From: Actinomycetota bacterium
Lineage (GTDB): Bacteria > Actinomycetota > Acidimicrobiia > IMCC26256 > VFJJ01
Length of the DNA: 64,000 nt
Assembly (NCBI GenBank): GCA_009886115.1
Contig: VFJJ01000001.1
Span: forward strand, 1 to 64,000
Direction: 5' to 3'
Shown here: positions 18,493-26,095 of the stretch, piece by piece
Numbering within the stretch: position 1 is the first letter of the stretch
Layout: each line of letters begins with the position of its first letter
Translations under genes and position numbers: made by a program
The notes under the pieces: generated by a model
Told to the model about the DNA's origin: nothing
What the model saw: the letters and a program-made list of their open reading frames with translations, nothing else
Databases searched by the model: none

Positions 18493-19620
18493 TCAGCGCG
18501 GCGGGAGGAGGCGGCGGTCCTGGAAACGGGTGAACCACTCGCGGAACATGTCCTCGGTGTCGATGCAGTCGGCGAAGCCGGCCCGGCGGATCTTCACCGT
18601 ACTGAGCAGCGCGGGGATCGAACGTGGTCCGAGCGAGCCGAACAGCATGTCGGCGTAGATCCACGAGCTCCCGACGAACGCCGCCATGTCACGCGGCGAG
18701 CGCAGCCCATACCGGTCGACGACGGCGGCCCATTCGTCTTGGCGGGGCGGCATCGTCTCGGCCAGTCGCTGCGGGGCCCGACCGGCCCGATCGCCGACAG
18801 CCGGCTCGCCGATCTCCATCCCGAGCACGTCAGCGATCGCCGGCCACATGTCGCGCCAGGCGAACACGTCGCCGTTGGTGACGTTGAAGATCTCGCCGCG
18901 CGCCTCGGGAGCGCCGGCCGCCCAGGCCAGCGCTCGGGCCAGCAATCGCGCGTCGACGGCCTCGTGAACGCCCGCTGCTCCACCGGGAAACACCAGGGGT
19001 CGCCCACGGTCCCGCTCGACGGCGGCATACACGCCGATGGCCGGGAGCAGGTTCATGGGGCTCCCGAATGACTCCCCATACACCACCTGGGGCCGCAGGA
19101 TCGTCCACGCCCACGCCGCCCCGTCGACCAGTGCCCGGAGCGCGTCCTCCTGCAGGAAGTAGAAGTTCTCGTGCGCGTCGCGCCGGGAGCGCTCCTTCGC
19201 CGGGACGGGTGTACGGCCCACATGGAGCCCGTACGCCTTGGCTCCCTGGAGCAGGCTCACGTGCTCGAGCGTCTCGCCCTCCGCGGCAGCGAGAGGCTCC
19301 AGCGAGTTGCGGAACAGCCGCAGGTTGTGGGCCATGAGCACCGGGTCGTGCCAGCCCGAGACGAGATCGTCCGACTCCTGCAGCGCTGTGTAGACGACGT
19401 GCGTCGTGCCGGCGAACGCTCCGGACCGCACGGCGGTCTGCACGGCTGCGGCATCAGCCAGGTCGAGCGGAACATGGTCGACGCCATCGATGTCGATCGG
19501 CCGACGCGACACAGCGACGACCCGATCCGCGACCAGGTCGCCGTCGCCGCCGGTGGCGGCGAAGTGCTCGACGGCGGCCCGTCCGATCACCCCGGTGGCC
19601 CCGAACACGACGACCTTCAT
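18493..19620 (-). CDS. Extended SDR of the PRISE (progesterone 5-beta-reductase/iridoid synthase-like) family
   Basis: GATGVIG, LQGAKAYG, NFYFLQED, WTILRP, FNVTNGD, KIRRAGF. Confidence 0.85.
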   Translation of the reverse strand: MKVVVFGATGVIGRAAVEHFAATGGDGDLVADRVVAVSRRPIDIDGVDHVPLDLADAAAVQTAVRSGAFAGTTHVVYTALQESDDLVSGWHDPVLMAHNLRLFRNSLEPLAAAEGETLEHVSLLQGAKAYGLHVGRTPVPAKERSRRDAHENFYFLQEDALRALVDGAAWAWTILRPQVVYGESFGSPMNLLPAIGVYAAVERDRGRPLVFPGGAAGVHEAVDARLLARALAWAAGAPEARGEIFNVTNGDVFAWRDMWPAIADVLGMEIGEPAVGDRAGRAPQRLAETMPPRQDEWAAVVDRYGLRSPRDMAAFVGSSWIYADMLFGSLGPRSIPALLSTVKIRRAGFADCIDTEDMFREWFTRFQDRRLLPPR

Positions 19621-19787
19621 CAACTCGCCCTTCGCATCAGCGTCGAGCCGACGACCTTCCCTGCCTGCTCAGCCCGTCGACGTGAGCCTACGACGCACCG
19701 GTGGAAGGCCGCCGCGACGCTCGCCGGGTCCGATCGGGTGGCGGCCTTCCGGGCCCGGGACCCGCACAAGTACGGTGAGAGCCATAC

Positions 19788-19834
19788 CCGTCCGTCCGTC
19801 CGTCTGTCCGTCCGTCCGTCTGGCCGTCCGTCCG
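19788..19834. repeat. Imperfect (CCGT)n microsatellite
   Basis: ccgtccgtccgtccgtctgtccgtccgtccgtctggccgtccgtccg between divergent genes. Confidence 0.85.
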
Positions 19835-19863
19835 AGACCACACGACACCGCAGGAGCGCCTCC

Positions 19864-20775
19864 GTGAAGTACCTCATCCAGCATCCTGAACCGATCGGTA
19901 TCGAGCGTGACCTGTTCGACGCCGGAGACGTCGTCCCCGTGGCCAAGGCGGTCGAGGCCGCCGGCTGGGACGGCCTCGCCTACACCGAGCATCCCGCACC
20001 CGGGTATCGCTGGCTCGCCGAAGGTGGCGGCCATCAGACGCTCGACCCGTTCGTGGCCCTGGGGGCCGCGGCTGCGGTCACCGAGCGCATCAAGCTCCTC
20101 ACCTATCTGGCGGTCGTCCCATATCGGAACCCGTTGCTCCTCGCCAAGGCCGCGGCCTCCGTCGCCATGATCTCCAAGGGGCGCTTCATCCTGGGGATGG
20201 GGACGGGGTACCTCAAGACCGAGTTCTTCGCGCTCGGCGTCGACTTCGACGAGCGCAACGAGCTCTTCGACGAGGCCCTCGACGTGCTGCCGTTGCACTG
20301 GAGCGGCGAGCGGTTCAGCTATGAGGGCAAGCACTTCAACGCCCGCGACATCATCGCCCGTCCGTCGCCCGGGCCCGGCGTGATCCCCATCTGGATCGGC
20401 GGGAACGCCAAGATCTCGCGCCGACGCGCCGCGACCCGAGCGCAGGGCTGGATGCCCATGAGCGGCCCGCCCGAGATGGCGACCACCACACGCACCGTGC
20501 ACTTCTCGGGCCTCGACGACATCGCCGTGGCGATTCGCGAGCTCAAGGAGTTCGCCGGCGAGCGCGCCGACGAGATCGACATCATGGTGCTCTACTCCGA
20601 CGACTCGATCTTGAAGCCCGACGTCGACGTCGAGCGCCACCGCGACGCATTGGGTCGCATCGCCGAGATCGGCGCCACCTGGATCTCGTTCGCGTGGGAC
20701 TTCTCCACCCAGTCCGAGACCCTCGATTTCATCGCCGGCTTCGGTGCCACCTACCTCGGCGCCGACCGCATCTGA
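19864..20775 (+). CDS. LLM class F420-dependent oxidoreductase (Rv2161c/TIGR03619-like)
   Basis: YTEHPAP, LDPFVAL, PYRNPLLLAK, GRFILGMGTGYLKTEF, PIWIGG; AGGAG RBS. Confidence 0.9.
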   Translation: MKYLIQHPEPIGIERDLFDAGDVVPVAKAVEAAGWDGLAYTEHPAPGYRWLAEGGGHQTLDPFVALGAAAAVTERIKLLTYLAVVPYRNPLLLAKAAASVAMISKGRFILGMGTGYLKTEFFALGVDFDERNELFDEALDVLPLHWSGERFSYEGKHFNARDIIARPSPGPGVIPIWIGGNAKISRRRAATRAQGWMPMSGPPEMATTTRTVHFSGLDDIAVAIRELKEFAGERADEIDIMVLYSDDSILKPDVDVERHRDALGRIAEIGATWISFAWDFSTQSETLDFIAGFGATYLGADRI

Positions 20776-20816
20776 GGCGGTCCCCGACCCCGTCCCCGAC
20801 CGCCAACCCCCGCCCC

Positions 20817-20863
20817 AAATGTGGGCGGAAATGCGCACCCGGTGAGCATTTCCGCGCACATTT
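20817..20863. repeat. 47-bp palindrome, dispersed family A (copy 1), possibly a bidirectional terminator or REP-like element
   Basis: AAATGTGGGCGGAAATGCGCACC-C-GGTGAGCATTTCCGCGCACATTT; 23-bp arms with 2 mismatches, between convergent genes. Confidence 0.8.
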
Positions 20864-20870
20864 CGAGCCG

Positions 20871-21224
20871 TCAGTAGGCCTCGAAGCGGGCGTTGAGCTT
20901 CGACATGTCGCCGGGGTCGCTCGTGAGGATGAACGTGCCCAGGCTCTCGGCGACGACGACAAGGTGGGCGTCGACGACGTCGGAGGTCTTGGTCTGGGCG
21001 AGCCTGCGTCCGATGGCCACCGACTCGTCGAGGGCGTGGACGTCGAAATGGCGGACTGCTCGGGCCAGGTTCGCCTGTTGCGCCGGCTTCCGCCACACCT
21101 GGGCGAGCACCGGGTGGGTGGTGTGCAGCTCGTCGCCGCGTTCGGTGGCCCTCTTGATGAGGGCCCAGAGTCGGGAGTTCAGGTTCTCGCCGTCGACGAT
21201 GAGCGGGCCGGCATCAATGATCAA
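20871..21224 (-). CDS. PIN-domain (VapC-like) toxin
   Basis: IIDAG, VLAQVWR, DVVDAH and ILTSDPGD acidic PIN motifs; TTGA overlap with the upstream gene. Confidence 0.85.
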   Translation of the reverse strand: MIIDAGPLIVDGENLNSRLWALIKRATERGDELHTTHPVLAQVWRKPAQQANLARAVRHFDVHALDESVAIGRRLAQTKTSDVVDAHLVVVAESLGTFILTSDPGDMSKLNARFEAY

Positions 21225-21466
21225 CGAGCGACCCCCTGGCGGTCGAGAACCGCATCGGCCCAGTCGAGATGCTCACGGTCGATGGGGCCCTCGCTGGCCT
21301 CCCAGGAAGCGATCATGTCGAGCATCGCCTGACTGCGACGGCGGCGTTTCACCTCGGCGAGCAAGGATCGCTTGATGGCCAGCTTCTTGGTGCCATCCAT
21401 GGCGACCAGCTCGGCGAGGGCCTCTTCCATCTCGTCATCGAAGTTGACGGTCGTCTTGCTCGCCAT
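21221..21466 (-). CDS. Antitoxin (RHH/CopG-like, VapB-type)
   Basis: 81 aa; KTTVNFDDE beta-strand-helix start; acidic C-terminus WEASEGP; coupled to the PIN gene. Confidence 0.8.
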   Translation of the reverse strand: MASKTTVNFDDEMEEALAELVAMDGTKKLAIKRSLLAEVKRRRRSQAMLDMIASWEASEGPIDREHLDWADAVLDRQGVAR

Positions 21467-21497
21467 ACTTGTATGGTATCCAAACCCTATGTATAGG
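21463..21497 (-). promoter_or_regulatory. Leaderless TA promoter with two palindromic operators
   Basis: Minus strand TACCAT-6 nt-ATG; palindromes CCATAC-TT-GTATGG (21463-21476) and CCTAT-GT-ATAGG (21486-21497). Confidence 0.65.
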
Positions 21498-21532
21498 TCA
21501 ACCCGAGTGCGCTCGACGTCACACGGGCCCGC

Positions 21533-23437
21533 TCACGTCCCGGTCTTGGCCTTCTCGGTCACGATGCGGGCCAGCTGAGCACGCGAGGTGATCTCCAGCT
21601 TGGTGAAGACGTGGCTCAGGTGCGTCTTCACGGTGTTCACGGTCATGGCCAGGGTCGTCGCGATGACCGGGTTCGTCGCTCCGTCGGCGACGAGGCGAGC
21701 CACCTCGCACCGGTCATGACCGCCGCCACGGCGAGGCTGCCGGCGATCGTGCGCCAGCTCGGATGCTGCTCACGGTGCATCGTGAGACCGATCCCGACCA
21801 TGATCCGAGTGTCGTCGAGCTCATCGGACAGGGCCGAGAAGCTCGCCAAGCCCCGAACCAGTGGGATCGCCCGGTCGAGGTCTGTCGCGACCCATCGGAG
21901 CGCATCGCGAAGGTTCGGATACCACCAGCGCAGCTCACGGACGGAGCTGGTGATGATCGACCCGACACCGAGGCGAACGATCCAGTCGCCCCACCACGCG
22001 GCATGTGCATTGCGGAGTGCTTCGAGCTCGCCGACATCGCGGGCCCGCTCCAGGGCGAAGAACCGGATCGTGTCGAGCATGCGATAACGCGGCTCACCGG
22101 GATCGGTCTCGTCGTCGACGAGAAGCAGGCTCTTGTCGGCCAGTCGGGAAACGAGATCGAGCACCGACCACGCGTCGACGTCGCCGAATCCCGACAGCAC
22201 ACCTTCGGCTGCGGTGAGCGGGAACCAGCAGGTGAAGACCGCCAGCCGTCGAAACGCAACTCGCTCGTCGGAGTCGAGGAGGTCATGGCTCCAACCGACC
22301 GAGGCCTCCAACGTTCGTTGACGGGCCAGCTGGGTCCGACCGCCACCGGCGAGCAGTCGGAAGTGGTCGTCGAGCTCGTTGGCGATGCGCTCCGGTGACA
22401 GTTGCCGGCATCGAGCTGCCGCGAGCTCGATCGCCAGCGGAATGCCGTCGACGCGGCGACAGATCCGAACGCTGGCCTCCACGAGGGCATCGGTCACCAC
22501 GAGTTGCGGACGGGCGCGCCAGGCACGCTCCCAGAAGAGGGCCAATGCGCTGAAGCTGTCGATGTCGTCGAGGCTCGGCGATCGGGCCGGGAGCGCGAGC
22601 GAGGCGACGCGCCACGTGACCTCTCCGGCGACGCCGATTGGTTCACGACTCGTGGCCACGAACGCGACCCCGTGGCAGCGTCCCAGCACGGCGTCGACGA
22701 CGGCCGCGCATCCGTCGATGACATGTTCGCAATTGTCGAGCACCACCATCAGCGACGCTTCCGGCTCCAAGACGGTCACGAGTTGGTCGAGGACCGACGT
22801 CATCGGTTGTTGCGAGCCACCCACCGCCGCGAGCACCGACCCGGCGACAGCACGTCACGACGCGTGTGCGTGGTAGCAGCGCGACAATCGCCGCCACGTC
22901 GTGGTCGCGACCGATGAGCGGCGTGGCCTGCACGGGCAGGTTGTGCCGACCGGCCGCCAACGAGCGCAACGGCGGGAAGCTCGACGGGATGCCCGGCGCG
23001 CTCACCTGGTGGACGTGCTCGGCGACATCGAGGTCCTTGAGCCGATGCGACCCGAGCGACACCAACGACACGCCCTCCGGCAACGACGAGCGGATCAACC
23101 CCGCGGCAGCGTCGGAGACGACGATCTGTCCGCCGTGCGCACACGCACGCAAACGGGCACACCGGATGATGGTCGAGCCCACGTAGTTCACCGCGTTGCG
23201 CTTGACCGTCTGGCCCACGTGGATCGCCATCCGCACGCGAACCTCGAGCCCGTCGGCCCAGGGCTCCACGGCGAGCGCTCGTTGTGCGTCGACTGCAGCA
23301 CGCACGGCGGCCGTGGCATCGGTGAACACCGCGACCACGCTGTCGCCTTCGCCCTGCTCTTGCGGGCGCTGCCCACCGTTCGCAGCGATGGCGTCGTCGA
23401 GCAACTCGTAGTGGCGGGCGATCACATCGGGCATCGC
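21533..23437 (-). pseudogene. Adenylate-cyclase/NB-ARC ATPase/LuxR-HTH regulator (Rv0386/Rv2488c-like), fragmented
   Basis: Three frames: GEGDSVVAVF...HNLPVQATPLIGR; LDNCEH...GIPLAIELAA...RYRMLDTIR; HTH EVARLVADG...TVKTHLSHVFTKL. Walker A, the TPR region and the N-terminus are missing. Confidence 0.88.
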
Positions 23438-23494
23438 AAAGGACGAGCGCCGGTCCGGTAGCGTCGGGAAAAGCGACAAGCCGGGAGTGCGACG

Positions 23495-24433
23495 ATGAGC
23501 CGACGGTCCTGCGAGGGCACGGTCGCACTCGTGACGGGGGCGAGCCAGGGCGGCACCGGGACGGCCATCGCGTTGCGGTTGGCTGCTGAGGGTGCCAAGG
23601 TCGCCATCACGGCGCGCACCGTCGCCGGCCTCGAGGCCACCAAGGATCGGATCGAGGCGATCGGTGGCGAGTGCCTGGTGCTGCCGTGCGATCTCGCTGA
23701 TCCCGACGGTGGCCGCAAGGAGTTGGTCGAGCGCACCGTGCGGGCGTTCGGCCCCATCGACACGTTGGTGAACAACGCCGCGGTCAACGGCTACAAGCCG
23801 TTCGAGACGGTGTCGCCATCGCAGCTCGAGACGAGCCTCCAGGTGAACCTGTGGGCGCCCTGGGAGCTGATGTGTGCGGTGATCGGGCCGATGCGCGAAC
23901 GAGGCCGCGGCGCGATCGTCAATCTCACGACCTTCGCGGCCGAGCTGCCGCCAGGGCCTCCGTTCCCGACGAACAAGCCAGGGAAGGCGGGTTTCGTGTA
24001 CGGCTCGGCGAAGGCGGCGTTGAACCGGCTCACGGTCGCCGCGGCGAGCGAGTGCGAGGGCCAGGGGATCTCGGTGAACGGGTTGACGCCCCAGGCTGCG
24101 ATCGCGACCCCGGCGCTGGTGGCCGGCGGGTGGATCGACGAGGCGATGTACGAACCGCTCGACACCATGGCCGAGGCGGCGCTCGCTCTGTGCACCGGTG
24201 ATCCCGACGTGCTCACGGGCCGCATCGCATACAGCCTGCAGTTGTTGGTCGAGTTGCGACGTCCGGTGCGCGACCTCCACGGCGAGGAACTCGTCGCCGG
24301 CTGGCAGCCCGACGATCTCCCGGCGGTGATCGCCCGTCAGGAAGCCAACCTGGCCGAGCGGGGCTGGCCCGACGCCTACACGTTCGGGCGCGTGCACAGC
24401 CCCCGACCCGAGAGCCCGGAGGACCTTCGATGA
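23495..24433 (+). CDS. SDR family oxidoreductase with C-terminal extension
   Basis: TGASQGGTG, NNAA, YGSAK. Confidence 0.9.
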   Translation: MSRRSCEGTVALVTGASQGGTGTAIALRLAAEGAKVAITARTVAGLEATKDRIEAIGGECLVLPCDLADPDGGRKELVERTVRAFGPIDTLVNNAAVNGYKPFETVSPSQLETSLQVNLWAPWELMCAVIGPMRERGRGAIVNLTTFAAELPPGPPFPTNKPGKAGFVYGSAKAALNRLTVAAASECEGQGISVNGLTPQAAIATPALVAGGWIDEAMYEPLDTMAEAALALCTGDPDVLTGRIAYSLQLLVELRRPVRDLHGEELVAGWQPDDLPAVIARQEANLAERGWPDAYTFGRVHSPRPESPEDLR

Positions 24434-25497
24434 CGCTCATCGATCACGACACGCTCGCCGCGGTGTTGCGGCCGGCCGCACCGCCGCAGATCATCGAGGG
24501 CGTCTACACCGACGATCAGTATCAACGGTTGCTCGGTGTGGTGAAGGAGCACGGGCCCTGGCCGACGATCACCGCGCACCATTTCCAGTCGGTCGAGGAG
24601 CTCATCGCGACCACCTCGGGGGTGGTGGCGAAGGATCACGGGCTCACGCTCGACGCGATAGCGACCGCGCACTTCCGAGGTTTCCTGGCCGAGAACTCGT
24701 GCTGTTACCACCCCGAGGTCTACGACTGCTTCGCCAACGCCGGGTTCCTGGAGCGGGCGAAGAGCTATTGGGGTGCGCAGTACGCGAAGCCGACGCTGAT
24801 GCTCTTCAACATCTGCGGTCCACACAACAGCGGTCTCAGCCCGCATCTCGACGCCGTCACGTTCCGCGGCGTGCGGATCGAGAACACGCCGGTGTGGATG
24901 CAGAACGTGATGGGGAAGTCGGGGCTGTTCCGCGACCACATCATCAAGATGGCCCAGATCATCACGTGGTTCTGGCAGGGGCAAGAAGGCACGTTCACCT
25001 ACTGGCCCGACGGACCGCTCGGGGCGCCGCGACGGGTCGAGCACCCGATGTGGAACAAGGGCGTGGTCGTCCAGAACGAGTTGATGTTCCATCGTGGTGA
25101 CCCGGTCGGGCGGCCCGACGAGCGCTCGATCCCCGGTCTCGCGAACCGCTCCTTGTTCGGCTATCGGCCGCAGTCGGACGACTGGGCGATCACGACTGAC
25201 GGCGAGGTGGTACGGGCCTACGAGCCCCGAAACGTGCGGTTCCTCGTGCACTGGAACGCCGAGGTGTACACCGACCTGCGCGAGGCGAAGCTCGTGATGG
25301 ACCACACCGACGACCTCACCCACGAGCGCGTCGTCGGTACGTTGCTCGCCGACATGCGGGCCAAGGGCGTACGGGTCGACGAGCCGAGCGATCCGTTCCA
25401 CGACGAGGACTTCATCCGCGCCCTCACGAGCACGTACACGATCGCCCCGACACAGGACTGGATCGACCGGGCCGACGGCGCCCGTCATTCCGGCTGA
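24430..25497 (+). CDS. Hypothetical protein, possible Fe(II)/2OG-oxygenase fold
   Basis: Coding-like codon bias, GGAGG RBS and ATGA overlap; PHLD...FHRG pattern could form an HxD...H triad. Confidence 0.7.
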   Translation: MTLIDHDTLAAVLRPAAPPQIIEGVYTDDQYQRLLGVVKEHGPWPTITAHHFQSVEELIATTSGVVAKDHGLTLDAIATAHFRGFLAENSCCYHPEVYDCFANAGFLERAKSYWGAQYAKPTLMLFNICGPHNSGLSPHLDAVTFRGVRIENTPVWMQNVMGKSGLFRDHIIKMAQIITWFWQGQEGTFTYWPDGPLGAPRRVEHPMWNKGVVVQNELMFHRGDPVGRPDERSIPGLANRSLFGYRPQSDDWAITTDGEVVRAYEPRNVRFLVHWNAEVYTDLREAKLVMDHTDDLTHERVVGTLLADMRAKGVRVDEPSDPFHDEDFIRALTSTYTIAPTQDWIDRADGARHSG

Positions 25498-25530
25498 ACC
25501 ACATCGAGATCGACGACAGGAGCCACGACC

Positions 25531-26013
25531 ATGGCCGACCACGACCGCATGGCCGCGCACGAGTTCATCCACCACTGGTGGTTCAACTACGACGAGGGCC
25601 GCCTCGACGTGCTCGCCGGCCTCCTCGCCGACGACTGCCGGCTGAGGTCGCGCACCGAGACGGGCATGCACCCGTACGAGGAGTTCATCGCGTCCGACAA
25701 CGTCGGCCCCGAAGCCGCGCTGGCCTGGACCAAGGACCACCGTCGGCACAGCCCGTATCCGCTGCGACACCAGGCCTCGAACGTGTTCGTCGCGGCGATC
25801 CGCGGCGACGAGATCGACCTGGAGTCGTATCTGTTCGTCACGCAGATCGTCAACCGCATGCCGAGCACGCTCTCGACGGGCATCGTGCACGTCACCCTTC
25901 GGCTCAGCGCCGACGGGTATCGCCTGAAGTCCAAGGACGTCGTGCTCGACTCGATCGAGTCGATCGCGTTCCAGGACGTTTCCGAGGTGTCCGGTCGCAT
26001 CGAGCGGTGGTGA
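25531..26013 (+). CDS. NTF2/SnoaL-like protein
   Basis: WWFNYDEG...LRHQASN...ESYLFVT pattern; AGGAG RBS. Confidence 0.75.
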   Translation: MADHDRMAAHEFIHHWWFNYDEGRLDVLAGLLADDCRLRSRTETGMHPYEEFIASDNVGPEAALAWTKDHRRHSPYPLRHQASNVFVAAIRGDEIDLESYLFVTQIVNRMPSTLSTGIVHVTLRLSADGYRLKSKDVVLDSIESIAFQDVSEVSGRIERW

Positions 26014-26095
26014 GGCGGGCTCGTCCCGGGGCTGGGCTCGTGCTGCGGCTCGACGGGATTCGAACGAGACCCGGCGAGGGCTCAGCGGCGAGGGC

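Noticed and set aside
20817..20863. Integron attC sites
   Set aside because: The palindromes lack RYYYAAC/GTTRRRY boxes, and there is no integrase or cassette array.
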